From assembly GCF_964194155.1 (NCBI RefSeq), contig NC_135893.1, positions 57,288,001 to 57,352,000 of the forward strand: a stretch of DNA of 64,000 nt. The letters run 5' to 3'. The stretch is from Cetorhinus maximus. Lineage: Eukaryota. The notes below the pieces were generated by a model. The model ran no database searches and was not told the origin of the DNA. It worked only from the letters and a program-made list of their open reading frames with translations. A program made the translations under genes and the position numbers. Numbering within the stretch: the first letter of the stretch is position 1; every line of letters starts with the position of its first letter. Of this stretch, positions 12,283-25,699 are shown piece after piece.

Positions 12283-15239
12283 CTAAAACATTTTGCACTT
12301 CCGGGGTCCATATCCCTCTATTCCCATCCTATTCATGTATTTGTCAAGCTGCCTCTTAAACACCACTATTGTACCTGCTTCCACCGCCTCCTCTGGCAGC
12401 GAATTCCAGACACTCACTAACCTCTGCGTAAAAAACTTGCCCCGCACATCTCCTCTATAGTTTTCTCCTCTCACCTTAAATCTATGTCCCCTAGTAATTG
12501 ACTCTTCCACCCTGGGAAAAAGCTTCTGACTATCTACTCTGTCCATGCCACTCATAATTTTGTAAACTTCTATCAAGTCGCCCCTCAATCTCCGTCGCTC
12601 TAGTGAGAACAATCCAAGTTTCTCCAAACTCTCCTCATAGCTAATAACCTCCAGACCAGGCAGCATCCTGGTAAACCTCCTCTGCACCCTCTCCAACGCC
12701 TCCAAATCCTTCTGGTAATGTGGCGACCAGAATTGCATGCAATATTCCAAGTGTGGCCTAACCAAGGTTCTATACAGCTGCAGCATGACTTCCCAGCTTT
12801 TATACTCAATACCCCTGCCAATGAAGGCAAGCATGCCATATGCCTTCCTGACCAACTTATCCACTACGTTGCCACTTTCAGTGACCTGTGGACCTGTACA
12901 CTCAGATCCCTCTGCCCATCAAGGCACTTAAGGGTTCTGCTATTTACTGAATAATTCCTGCCTGTATTAGACCTTCCAAAATGCATTACCTCGCATTTGT
13001 CCGGATTAAACTCCATCTGCCATTTCTCAGCCCAAATCTCCAACCGATCTATATCCCATTGTATCCTTTGACAATCCTCTTCATTATCTGCAACTCCTCC
13101 AACCTTAGTGTCGTCTGCAAACTTACTAATTAGCCCAGTTACATTTTCCTCCAAATCATTTATGTATACTACAAACAGCAAAGGTCCCAGCACTGATCCC
13201 TGCGGAACTCCACTAATCACAGCTCTCCATTCAGAAAAGCACCCTTCCACTGCGACCCTCTGTCTTCTATGACCAAGCCAATTCTGTATCCATCTTGCCA
13301 GCTCACCTCTGATCCCGTGCGACTTTACCTTCTGTACCAGTCTGCCATGAGGGACCTTGTCAAAGGCCTTACTGAAATCCATGTATATAACATCCACTGC
13401 CCTTCCATCATCGATCATCTTTGTCACTTCCTCAAAAAACTCGATCAAGTTAGTGAGACATGACCGCCTCTTCACAAAACAATGCTGCCTCTCACTAATA
13501 CGCCCATTTGTTTCCAAATGGTAGTAAATCCTGGCACGGAGAATCTTCTCCAATAATTTCCCTACCACTGACGTAAGGCTCACCAGCCTGTAGTTTCCTG
13601 GATTATCCCTGCTACCCTTCTTAAACAGTGGAACGACATTGGCCATTCTCCAGTCCTCTGGGACCTCACCCTTAGCCAGTGAGGATACAAAGATTTCTGT
13701 CAAGGCCCCAGAAATCTCCTCCCTTGCCTCCCTCAGTACTCTGGGGTAGATCCCATCTGGCCCTGGGGACTTATCCACCTTAATATTCTTCAAGACGCCT
13801 GACACCTCCTCTTTTTTGATCTCAACATGATTCAGGCTATCTACATACTCTTCCCTAGACAAATCGACCGCTAAGTCCTTCTCTTTGGTGAATACTGATG
13901 AGAAGTATTCATTAAGTATCTCTCCCATTTCTTCTGGCTCCACACACAGATTCCCACCTCTGTCCCTGAGTGGGCCTACCCTTTCCCTGGCTACCCTCTT
14001 GCTTTTTACATATGTATAAAAGGCCTTGGGATTTTCCTTAATCCTGGTTGCCAGTGACTTTTCATGACCCCTTTTAGCCCTCCTGACTCCTTGCTTAAGT
14101 TTCTTCCTACTTTCTTTATATTCTCCACAGGCTTCATCTGTTCCCAGCCTTCTAGCCCTTACGAATGCTTCCCTTTTCTTTTTGACTAATCTCACAATAT
14201 CCTTCATTATCCAAGGTTCCTGAAACTTGCCATGCTTATCCTTCATCCTAGCAGGAACATGCCGGTCCTGAATTCTTATCAACTGACGTCTGAAAGCCCC
14301 CCACATGTCAGTTGTTGATTTGCCCTCAAACATTCGCCTCCAGTCTAGATTCCTCAGTTCCTGCCTAATATTGTTATAATTAGCCTTCCCCCAATTAAGC
14401 ACCTTAACCTGAGGACTCCTGTTATCCTTATCCACCAGTACCTTGAAACTTACTGAATTATGGTCACTTTTCCCGAAATGCTCCCCTACTGAAACTTCGA
14501 CCACCTGGCCAGGTTCATTCCCTAATACCAGGTCCAGTATTGCCCCTTCCCTAGTTGGACTATCTACATATTGTCTCAGGAAGCCCTCCTGGATGCACCT
14601 TACAAATTCTGCACCATCCAAACCCCTAGCACTAAGTGATTCCCAGTCAATATAGGGAAAGTTAAAATCACCCACCACAACAACCCTATTGCTTTTACAT
14701 CCTTCCAAAATCTGCCTACATAACTGTTCCTCAATCTCCCGCCAGCAATTGGGAGGCCTATAGTAAACCCCCAACATTGTGACTGCGCCCTTCCTGTTCC
14801 GGAGCTCTACCCATATTGCCTCGCTGCATGAGCCCACCGAGGTGTCCTCCTGTCGTACAGCTGTGATATTCCCCTTAACCAGCAGTGCAACTCCCCCACC
14901 TCTTCTACATCCCTCTCTATCCTGCCTGAAACATCTAAATCCTGGAACATTTATCTGCCAATCCTGCCCATCCTTCAACCAAGTCTCTGTAATAGCAATA
15001 ACATCATAGTCCCAAGAACTAATCCAAGCTCTAAGCTCATCTGCTTTGCCTGTTATACTTCTCGCATTGAAAAAAATGTATTTCAGACCCCCAGTCCCAC
15101 TGTGTTCACTAATTTCTCCCTGCCTGCCCTTCCTCTTAGTCCTACTGGCCATATTCACTGGTTCCCAGTCATTTATTTCACCTGCTGACCTATTGCTCTG
15201 GTTCCCACCCCCCTGCCATACTAGTTTAAACCCTCCCAA
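12283..15239 (-). pseudogene. CR1 ORF2 (APE endonuclease + reverse transcriptase), broken once at ~12864
   Basis: Motifs NARS, ITETWL, VGDFN, LDLV, SDH (EN); DFSKAFDKV, GVPQGSVLGPLLF, KFADD (RT); continues in the 12283..12864 ORF (RPHLEYC..FWSP). Confidence 0.95.
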
Positions 15240-15623
15240 GTGACACTAGCAAACCTCGCAGCCAGGATATTGGTGCCCCTCCAGTTTAGATGCAACCCGT
15301 CCTTCTTGTACAGGTCCCACCTGCCCCGGAAGAGATCCCACTGATCCAGATGTTGGAAACCCTCCATCCTACACCATCTGTTCAGCCACGTGTTCAGCTG
15401 CACTATCTTCCTATTTCTAGCCTCACTGGCACGTGGCACAGGGAGTAATCCTGAGATTACAACCCTAGAGGTCCTGTTTTTTAACTTTCTGTCTAACTCC
15501 CTGAACTCCCGCTGCAGGACCTCGTCACTCTTCCTGCCTATGTCGTTAGTACCAATGTGTACCACGACCTCTGGCTGTTCTCCCTCCCCCCTCAGAATGT
15601 CCTGTACCCGATCAGAGACATCC
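15221..15623 (-). pseudogene. CR1 ORF1 C-terminal SGNH/GDSL esterase fragment
   Basis: VHIGTNDI and DGLHLN motifs; its stop overlaps the start of the ORF2 frame. Confidence 0.88.
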
Positions 15624-16887
15624 TGTGCTTCAAGTGCTTATAAAGTCTTTGAAGTAAGATTATAAGTACAAATGCTTGCTTTTATAAGAGACTAAAGGAA
15701 GTTAAATGTGATGAAAGCGTTTTTATCAATGAGAGTGTTTTTTGAAATAGCAAATTCATCAATAGACCCTTAAGAACTTTATTTAAACTCAGCATGGGTC
15801 CAAGAGGTCTTCCCATGGTGAATACTGGGTGAGTTGGCATGGGGGTGTAAGGTCAAAGCATTGTGGGTAGGGCATGGTTGGCATAGGGGTTATAAAGGGC
15901 TATGGGGATGTGGAGGTGCATGGGTTGGCATGGAGTTTATGAGGGGACCTGGAGGGTGGATGTGGGCCTTGAAGTGGCATGGGTTGGCCTGGATGGAACA
16001 TGGGGATTGTGTGGGGGGTGAGTGGGTGGTGAGGGCTGGAGGGCTTTTTGTTGTATTATTCCTTATTTCCATAGCTTTGACAAAGTGCCAGAGCATCAAG
16101 GCCAGACTTTCACCCAGCTCACCTCCACACCCGGCAGCCTCCAAACTCTCTCTGGGGGCAATAGCCATGATTCACACTTTCACCAACAACTCCCTCTCCG
16201 GAACGAGAATTCGAACTTCTAAGGCACATTCTCCCGATCCAGGTGTGCAGAGCCGGAGATTGTCCCGACTCTGCACTCCCAACCCTGGAGCGAAAAATAA
16301 GGCCTTCATATCTGTTTTCACGGTGGGAGACACAAAAAACATTCTGGAAATACTAGTGAATACAATGCTAGTTCTAATGAGAATGAGGAACTTTAAGAAA
16401 TCAGTGTAACTAAAGAAATAGTACTGGAGAAATTAATAGGCCTAAGTAGCCACAAATATCCTGGACCTGGTGACCTGCATTCTAGGGTTTTATAAGAGAT
16501 AACTGCAGAGATAGTGAATGCCTTAGCTTCCAGAAATCCTTACATTCTGGAACAGTTCCTAAGATAGCAAACATAACACCTCTATTTAAGGAAGGAGAAA
16601 GAGAGAAAAAAGGGAGATGATAGGCCACTTAGCCTAACATCAGCCGTAGACAAAATTAGAATCTCTAATTAGGGAATTGGTAATAGGGCATTTCGCAAAT
16701 CCTAATATGATTAAGCAGAGTCAACATGAATTTATGAAAGAGAAATCGTGTTTGACAAATTTGTTTTTTGAGGATTTAACCAGTAAGATGGATAAGGGGA
16801 AACCAGTAGATGTAGTGTATATGGATTCAATAAAGTGCCACACAAAAGGTTATTACACAAAATTAGGACTAATAGGATTGGGCTAAT

Positions 16888-17148
16888 AAAACATAATAAC
16901 ATAAGAAATAGGAACAGGAGTAGACCATACAGTCTCCTGGGCCTAATTCACCATTCAATATGATCATGGTTGATCTTCTGCCTCAACTCCACTTTCCCAC
17001 CTGCTCCCTGTATTCCTCACTTCCCTGACAGAACAAAAAAATCTGTCTATCTCAGCCTTAAATATGTTCAACAATGGACCATCCACAACCCTCTTGGGTA
17101 GACAATTACGAAGATTCACAATCCTCTGAGTGATGAAAAATTCACCCC
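16888..17148 (-). mobile_element. CR1 3'-tail fragment nested antisense in the older CR1
   Basis: Starts AACATAAGAAATAGGAACAGGAG and resembles the 3' tail at 8862-9120. Confidence 0.8.
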
Positions 17149-17701
17149 ATATATTAGCATGGATTGATGAGTGGTTAATGGACAGAAAATAGAGAGTAGG
17201 CTGTTGACAGGCTATGACTAGAGGGACACCACAAGGATCAGCCCTTGGGCCTCAGCTATTTACAATCTATATTAATGGCGTAGATGAAGGGACTGAGTGT
17301 AACATATCCATATTTGCTGATGATTACAAAGTTAAGTGGGAAACTATGAGAAAAATGCAAAGAGATTGCAGAGGGATATGGACGGTGGGCAAGAACATGG
17401 TCGATGCAATATAATGTTACAAAATATGAAGTTACCACTTTGGTAGGAAATAAAAAACAATAATTTTTGAATAGTGAGAGAGTGCGAAGTGTTTACATTC
17501 GGAGGCACTTGGGTGTCCTTGTACAGAAATCACAGAAACCTAGCATGCAGGAGCAGCACGCAATTAGGTAGGCAAATGGTTTGTTGGCTTTTGTTACAAA
17601 AGGATTGGAGAATAAGCATAAAGAGGTCTTACTACATTTATAGACTAGGCCTGTAATCCATAGAGTTAGAACAACGCGAGGTGATCTAATTGAAACTTAT
17701 A

Positions 17702-18390
17702 GGCCTGAATTCTTCGTTCATCAGGCGTTTGCGATTGGCAGGCCCGGAAGCGGATGGGAAATGAGCCTCCGGCCGCGATCAGCCCCCAACCGGGATTTTG
17801 TGCTGGGTGGCCAACCATCGGCAAGCCAGCATGAAACGCGCGCTGAGAAATGCTCAGCACTGCCAGGGTGGGGGCAGGAAGAGGGCGGGCGCCATCCTAA
17901 CTGAGGCTGCGGGTGAGTGCTCCTCGTGAGCTCCCGGGAGGCAGGCAGCTGCCCCAGGGAGCTGCAGACCTCCGCAGGATAAAGGAGACGACAAAATTGC
18001 TACAAAATATGTCCATGCAGCGCAATCAAGCATCTGAAAGCAGGCCTCATTAAAAAAAACAGTCCCCAAATATGTCTCTTTATTTTATTTCACCACGGAG
18101 ATTTCATCCTGCCCCGGATCGAGGTTTGAGCAAAAATGTGAAAGTCGCCTGAAAGTCCGCCAACTGTGAATGTGGTCGGGCCGTGTAAAATCGCTGTCAA
18201 TTGTATCATTAATGGGCCTGATTGTGCGCTGAATTGTCAGCCGGCGCACTTCCGATTGCCGTGCCCATCTGCCGAGCGGAATACCCCGCGGGAGTGTGCA
18301 ATGATGTCGGGACGCTCGCCCAGCGCCATCTCGCGTTATTTCATGTCCGTTCGGGTCGGGCATGCCCCCGCAGGACATAAAATTCTGGCC
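17702..18390. mobile_element. Harbinger-type MITE (689 bp), TSD ATA
   Basis: ATA|GGCCTGAATT ... AATTCTGGCC|ATA; removing it rejoins the CR1 sequence; CpG-rich. Confidence 0.9.
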
Positions 18391-18666
18391 ATAAATTCTG
18401 AAGGGGCTTGCCAGGGTAAATGAGGAGAATCTGTTTCCCCTGCCTGAGGAATCTACAACACGGGGTCAGCCGTTATCACCTGAGATGAGGAGAAATTTCT
18501 TCTCTCACAGAGTTGTGAATCTTTAGGATTTTCTTTCCCAGAGAGTTATTACTCAGTTGGTGAATATATTCATGACAGAGGTCAATAGGTTTTTGAGTAC
18601 AAAGGGAATTAAGGGGGATGGGTATAGTGCAGGAAGGTGGAGTTCATCTAGAAAATCAACCACTGA

Positions 18667-21600
18667 CAGAGTGTTACTGTGAGGGTGTGTTATACAGAGA
18701 GGGTTACAGTGAGGGTGTGTTATACAGAGAGTTACAGTGAGGGTGTGTTATACAGAGAGTTACAGTGAGGGTGTGTTATACAGAGAGAGTTACAGTGAGG
18801 GTGTGTTATACAGAGAGAGTTACAGTGAGGGTGTGTTATACAGAGAGTTACAGTGAGGGTGTGTTATACAGAGGGTATTAGAGTGAGGGTGTGTTATACA
18901 GAGAGAGTTACAGTGAGGGTGTGTTATACAGAGAGTGTTAGAGTGAGGGTGTGTTATACAGAGAGAGTTACAGTGAGGGTGTGTTATACAGAGTTACAGT
19001 GAGGGTGTGTTATACAGAGAGAGTTACAGTGAGGGTGTGTTATACAGAGAGAGTTACAGTGAGGGTGTGTTATACAGAGAGAGTTACAGTGAGGGTGTGT
19101 TATACAGGAGCGTGTTAGAGTGAGGGTGTGTTATACAGAGGGTGTTACAGTGAGGGTGTGTTATACAGAGAGAGTTACAGTGAGGGTGTGTTATACAGAG
19201 AGAGTTACAGTGAGGGTGTGTTATACAGAGAGAGTTACAGTGAGGGTGTGTTATACAGAGAGAGTTACAGTGAGGGTGTGTTATACAGAGAGAGTTACAG
19301 TGAGGGTGTGTCATACAGAGAGAGTTACAGTGAGGGTGTGTTATACAGAGAGAGTTACAGTGAGGGTGTGTTATACAGAGAGTTACAGTGAGGGTGTGTT
19401 ATACAGAGAGAGTTACAGTGAGGGTGTGTTATACAGAGAGTTACAGTGAGGGTGTGTTATACAGAGAGAGTTACAGTGAGGGTGTGTTATACAGAGAGAG
19501 TTACAGTGAGGGTGTGTTATACAGAGAGAGTTACAGTGAGGGTGTGTTATACAGGAGCGTGTTAGAGTGAGGGTGTGTTATACAGAGAGAGTTACAGTGA
19601 GGGTGTGTTATACAGAGAGTGTTACAGTGAGGGTGTGTTATACAGAGAGTTACAGTGAGGGTATGTTATACAGGAGCGTGTTAGAGTGAGGGTGTGTTAT
19701 ACAGAGAGAGTTACAGTGAGGCTGTGTTATACAGAGAGTGTTACAGTGAGGGTGTGCTATACAGAGAGTGTTACAGTGAGGGTGTGTTATACAGAGAGTG
19801 TTAGAGTGAGGGTGTGTTATACAGAGAGAGTTACAGTGAGGGTGTGTTATACAGAGAGTTACAGTGAGGGTGTGTTATACAGAGGGTATTAGAGTGAGGG
19901 TGTGTTATACAGAGAGAGTTACAGTGAGGGTGTGTTATACAGAGAGTGTTAGAGTGAGGGTGTGTTATACAGAGAGAGTTACAGTGAGGGTGTGTTATAC
20001 AGAGAGTTACAGTGAGGGTGTGTTATACAGAGAGAGTTACAGTGAGGGTGTGTTATACAGAGAGTGTTAGAGTGAGGGTGTGTTATACAGAGAGAGTTAC
20101 AGTGAGGGTGTGTTATACAGAGAGTTACAGTGAGGGTGTGTTATACAGAGAGTTACAGTGAGGGTGTGTTATACAGAGAGTTACAGTGAGGGTGTGTTAT
20201 ACAGAGGGTATTAAAGTGAGGGTGTGTTGTACAGAGAGAGTTACAGTGAGGGTGTGTTATACAGAGAGAGTCAGAGTGAGGGTGTGTTATACAGAGAGAG
20301 TTAGAGTGAGGGTGTGTTATACAGAGAGAGTTAGAGTGAGGGTGTGTTATACAGAGAGTTACAGTGAGGGTGTGTTATACAGAGAGAGTTACAGTGAGGG
20401 TGTGTTTTCAGAGAGTGTTAGAGTGAGGGTGTGTTATACAGAGAGAGTTACAGTGAGGGTGTGTTATACAGAGAGTGTTAGAGTGAGGGTGTGTTATACA
20501 GAGAGAGTTACAGTGAGGGTGTGTTATACAGAGAGTTACAGTGAGCGGGTGTTATACAGAGAGAGTTACAGTGAGGGTGTGTTATACAGAGAGAGTTACA
20601 GTGAGGGTGTGTTATACAGAGAGTGTTAGAGTGAGGGTGTGTTATACAGAGAGAGTTACAGTGAGGGTGTGTTATACAGAGAGTTACAGTGAGGGTGTGT
20701 TATACAGAGAGAGTTACAGTGAGGGTGTGTTATACAGAGAGTGTTAGAGTGAGGGTGTGTTATACAGAGAGAGTTACAGTGAGGGTGTGTTATACAGAGA
20801 GTTACAGTGAGGGTGTGTTATACAGAGAGTTACAGTGAGGGTGTGTTATACAGAGGGTATTAAAGTGAGGGTGTGTTATACAGAGAGAGTTACAGTGAGG
20901 GTGTGTTATACAGAGAGAGTTAGAGTGAGGGTGTGTTATACAGAGAGAGTTAGAGTGAGGGTGTGTTATACAGAGAGAGTTAGAGTGAGGGTGTGTTATA
21001 CAGAGAGTTACAGTGAGAGTGTGTTATACAGAGAGAGTTACAGTGAGGGTGTGTTATACAGAGAGTGTTAGAGTGAGGGTGTGTTATACAGAGAGAGTTA
21101 CAGTGAGGGTGTGTTATACAGAGAGTGTTAGAGTGAGGGTGTGTTATACAGAGAGTTACAGTGACGGTGTGTCATACAGAGAGAGTTATAGTGAGCGGGT
21201 GTTATACAGAGAGAGTTACAGTGAGGGTGTGTTATACAGAGAGAGTTACAGTGAGAGTGTGTTATACAGAGAGTGTTAGAGTGAGGGTGTGTTATACAGA
21301 GAGAGTTACAGTGAGGGTGTGTTATGCAGAGATTTACAGCGAGAGTGTGCTATACAGAGTGTTACAGTGAGAGTCTTTTATACAGAGAGTGTTACAGTGA
21401 GGGTGTGTTATATCGAGTGTTACAGTGAGGGTGTGTTACACAGAGAGTGTTACAGTGAGGGTGTGTTACACAGAGAGTGTTACAGTGAGGGTGTGTTATA
21501 TCGAATGTTACAGTGAGGGTATGTTACACAGAGAGTGTTACAGTGAGGGTGTGTTATACAGAGAGTGTTAGAGTGAGGGTGTGTTATACAGAGAGAGTTA

Positions 21601-22222
21601 CAGTGAGGGTGTGTTATGCAGAGATTTACAGCGAGAGTGTGCTATACAGAGTGTTACAGTGAGAGTCTTTTATACAGAGAGTGTTACAGTGAGGATGTGT
21701 TATATCGAGTGTTACAGTGAGGGTGTGTTACACAGAGAGTGTTACAGTGAGGGTGTGTTACACAGAGAGTGTTACAGTGAGGGTGTGTTATATCGAATGT
21801 TACAGTGAGGGTATGTTACACAGAGAGTGTTACAGTGAGGGTGTGTTATACAGAGAGTATTAAGTGAGGGTTTGTTATAGAGAGAGTGTTACAGTGAGGG
21901 TGTGTTACACAGAGAGTGTTACAGTGAGCGGGTGTTATATTGAGTGTTACTGTGAGGGTGTGTTACACAGAAAGTGTTACAGTGAGGGTGTGTTATACAG
22001 AGAGTATTAAGTGAGGGTGTGTTACACAGAGAGTGTTACAGTGAGGGTGTGTTACACAGAGAGTGTTACAGTGAGCAGGTGTCATACAGAGTGTTACAGT
22101 GAGGGTATGTTATATCGAGTGTTACAATGAAGGTGTGTTACACAGAGAGTGTTACAGTGAGCGGGTATTGTACAGAGAGTATTAAGTAAGGGTTTGTTAT
22201 AGAGAGATTGTTACAGTGAGGA
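18667..22222. repeat. Minisatellite, 28-30-bp unit GAGAGTTACAGTGAGGGTGTGTTATACAGA (~3.5 kb)
   Basis: More than 100 tandem units; the ORFs RVCYTERVTV... are repeat translations. Confidence 0.98.
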
Positions 22223-22223
22223 T

Positions 22224-23600
22224 GGGCTGGATTGTCAATCCAGGGTCAGGAACCTGACAACCAGAATATTTCCAGGTCCCAATACTTCGTCTTGCCTGCA
22301 TCAGTGACATGATGCGATTTTTAAACGCAGAGGGCCTAATTGACTCGGGCGAGATCGGCACTCAATTAGCAGTGCCAGAACTGGAGGACTTGGAAATCAA
22401 GGGCCCTTTGAAAAGGGAGTGCCAGGCATGACTGAGTTGGCTGTTCACTGATGAGATAATGCAGAGGTTCACAGAAGTCCAGCGTTGGGATGGGTAGGCA
22501 TCCATGGGTGGCTCCAAGGCTCTCAAATGCCTCTCTTGAGGTGTAAACTAAGACAGTTGCTGAGAGGCATGAGATATTTTCCCTGGCATCAGGTAGAAGA
22601 AAGACACCCAGAGATACCGAAAGAGCCTGGGTTGAAGTGGCGACAGAGGTCAGCAGTAGAGGAGTGACCAGGAGGATGTGGGTCCAATGTCATAAAAGAT
22701 TCAGTGGCCTGGTAAGATCTAGAAAGGTGAGCGCAAGCGACACCTGGGTGAGAGAGCTCTAACTCTGCACACAGCAGTATGCACATGAGCTGAACAAACT
22801 GAATGCCCATAGTTCTCCTGAACATTGTCAGAGCAAGTGGTCAGTTTCATCACTGAGACGCCTGCCACCCTCACTTATGGGGTGCAGTTGAGAAGTTGGC
22901 ACCACTGAGGAGTGCAACAGGTGATGTTAATGTCATTCTGGAATGGGTGAGGGAGACCAGGTGATTCATATATCATTCTCACCATCTCCTGCAGGAAAAA
23001 AGAGCTCACAATAACCTAGTGATGTCTCAAACGGGTATATGATCAACTTGGCACCGAAGGAAGAGACAGTGCTGGACATTTTAAGGGTGCCATGGTGGTA
23101 GGCCATGGGTGATGGTGAGATGGGGGCGGTGAAGAGCAGGGTCATTTAATTGCTCAATCCTCAGGTGAAGGACATGAATGGAACTCCTGCCCGATGTGTG
23201 CTGCGGCTCTTTGACTGCTGTCATCTATTGGTCATCAATCTGTTGTGCTGAGGCACTGCTTAGTTATCCGAGTTCTCATCAACCCTTGTATTTCCCACAG
23301 GGCCTGTAGTGGAGGGGGAGCTGAGTGTCCCTGCATAGTCATCACTGACCTCTTCAGTCAGGGGAGTCTATAGAGCCTGCGCCATCACATCCTACCTCCA
23401 CACCATCCACCAGCGCCGACACTCATCTCAGACCTGAATCAAGGTTAGAAGGCAGAGCACTCGGTGAGCAGCAGATCACAGTTAAGCAGGAGGAGCAGGC
23501 TGAGGCAGAGTCACCTGTGGACAGACCCCTATGGAGGATGAAGAACTACACAGCCAGGCTCCACTGAATGAAGATGCTGGACCTCCTTGTTTCTGTTTAA
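22224..23600 (+). mobile_element. Truncated Harbinger derivative with spliced Myb/SANT pseudogene
   Basis: Left TIR-like GGGCTGGATT at 22224; RAWVEVATEVSSRGVTRRMWVQCHKRFSGLVRSRK|gtgag (donor 22727); tgcag|EKRAHN at 22995; no right TIR seen. Confidence 0.72.
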
Positions 23601-23676
23601 TAAGACTTTAAACATTCCACAGCAGGAGTTCTTTCTCTCCCTCTTTGCGCTTACATTCATCCATCAACCTACCAAG

Positions 23677-25250
23677 TGACCTGTGCTGAACCTGACCTGT
23701 GCTGTACCTGACTGACCTGTGCTGTACCTGACTGAACTGTGCTTTATCCGACTGACCTGTGCTGTACCTGACTGACCTGTGCTGTACCCGACTGACCTGT
23801 GCTGTACCTGACTGACCTGCGCTGTACCTGACTGAACTGTGCTGTACCCGACTGACCTGTGCTGTACCTGACTGACCTGTGCTGTACCTGACTGACCTGT
23901 GCTGTACCTGACCTGTGCTGTACCTGACTGACCTGTGCTGTACCTGACCTGTGCTGTACCTGACCTGCGCTGTACCTGACTGACCTGTGTTGTACCCGAC
24001 TGACCTGTGCTGTACCTGACCTGTGCTGTACCTGACTGACCTGTGCTGTACCTGACTGACCTGCGCTGTACCCGACTGACCTGTGCTGTACCTGACCTGT
24101 GCTGTACCTGACTGACCTGTGCTGTACCTGACCTGTGCTGTACCTGACTGACCTGTGCTGTACCTGACTGACCTGTGCTGTACCTGGCCTGTGCTGTACC
24201 TGACTGACCTGTGCTGTACGTGACTGACCTCTGCTGTACCTGAATGACCTGTGCTGTACCCAACTGACCTGTGCTGTACCTGACCTGTGCTGTACCTGAC
24301 TGACCTGTGCTGTACCTGACCTGTGCTGTACCTGACTGACCTGTACTGTACCTGACCTGTGCTGTACCTGACTGACCTGTGCTGTACATGACCTGTGCTG
24401 TACCTGACTGACCTGTGCTGTACCTGAATGACCTGTGCTGTACGTGACTGACCTGTGCTGTACCCGACTGACCTGTGCTGTACCTGACTGACCTGTGCTG
24501 TACCTGACTGACCTGTGCTGTACCCGACTGACCTGTGCTGTACCTGACTGACCTGTGCTGTACCCGACTGACCTGTGCTGTACCTGACCTGTGCTGTACC
24601 CAACTGACCTGTGCTGTACCTGACCTGTGCTGTACCCGACTGACCTGTGCTGTACCTGACCTGTGCTGTACCTGACCTGTGCTGTACCCGACTGACCTGT
24701 GCTGTACATGACTGACCTGTGCTGTACCTGACTGACCTGTGCTGTACCTGACCTGTGCTGTACCTTACTGACCTGTGCTGTACCTGACTGACCTGTGCTG
24801 TACCCGACTGATCTGTGCTGTACCCGGCCTGTGTTGTACCGGACTGACCTGTGCTGTATCTGACCTGTGCTGTACCTGACTGGCCTGTGCTGTACCTGAC
24901 CCATGTTATCACTGACCCATGCTGTACCTGACCCGTACTGTACATGATCCATACTGTACCTGATCCATACTGCAATCAGAAAAGAAAATGCTGGAAACAC
25001 TCAGTAGGTTAGGCAGCATCTGTGGAGAGAGAAACGGAGTTAACATTTCAGGCCTGTGGTCTTTCATTAGCATTGATGCTGCCTAGCCTGCTGAGTGTTT
25101 CCAGCACTTTCTGTTTTTATTTCATATTTCCAGCATCTGCAGTATTCTGCTTTTCTGATCCATATTGTACCTGACTGCTGGACCTGTGCTGTACTTGGCT
25201 GAGCTGTACTGCAATCATTTGATCTGTACTATCTATACTTGACCTGTAAT
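23677..25250. repeat. Minisatellite of mixed 20-bp and 16-bp units (CTGA)1-2CCTGTGCTGTAC, interrupted at 24973-25154
   Basis: Direct inspection; explains the 455-, 418- and 241-aa ORFs. Confidence 0.97.
24973..25154. mobile_element. Miniature fold-back Penelope-derived insertion
   Basis: AAAATGCTGGAAACACTCAG..GGCAGCATC and its inverted copy; same terminal sequence as 10132-11503; flanked by CTGATCCATA(C/T)TG. Confidence 0.8.
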
Positions 25251-25274
25251 GACTGATAATGCTTCCAGTAGTGC

Positions 25275-25625
25275 AATGGAGGAGACTTGACAGAGCAGAT
25301 GCTGAGAGGATGTTTCCCCTTATGGGAGAGACTGTAACTAGGGGATATAGTTTAAAAATAAGGGGTGTCCCATTTAAGATGGAGGTGAGGAGAATTTTTT
25401 TTCTCCCAGTTAGTCTGTGGAATTCTCTTCCCCAGAGAGCAGTGGAGGCTGGGTCATTGAATATCTTTAAGGCTGGGATAGATATATTCTTGATTGACAA
25501 GGGAGTCAAAAGTTCTGTGGGGAGACAGGAAAGTAGAGTTGAGGCCACAATCAAATCAGCTATGATCTTATAAAATGGCAGAGCAGGCTCAAGGGGCCGA
25601 ACGGCCTACTCCTAGTTCATATGTT
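25275..25625 (+). mobile_element. CR1 3' fragment
   Basis: LDRADAERMFPLMGETVTRGYSLKIRG..LWNSLPQRAVEA followed by the 3'UTR. Confidence 0.88.
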
Positions 25626-25699
25626 CCTAGGTGGGGAGGGACAGGCACTAATGCAAAGTCAAAGGAATGGAGATTGTGGTCGGGGGAAGCATTTCTCAA

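Larger units (their letters stand above)
12207..15623 (-). mobile_element. Young 5'-truncated CR1-clade LINE (end of ORF1, full ORF2, 3'UTR)
   Basis: APE endonuclease and RT ORF, SGNH-esterase ORF1 fragment, 3' tail ending CTTTGTTCTTTG. Confidence 0.96.
16306..18660 (+). mobile_element. Old CR1 LINE interrupted by nested insertions
   Basis: Fragments SQHEFMKEKSCLTNL and GTPQGSALGPQLFTIYIN..IFADD; the 3' portion resumes at 18394 after the MITE. Confidence 0.88.

Noticed and set aside
19084-21808. Repetitive Cys/His- or Val/Arg-rich ORFs
   Set aside because: Minisatellite translations
23608-25000. Long ORFs of 455, 418 and 241 aa
   Set aside because: Translations of a 16/20-bp minisatellite that lacks stops on one strand; open in all three frames
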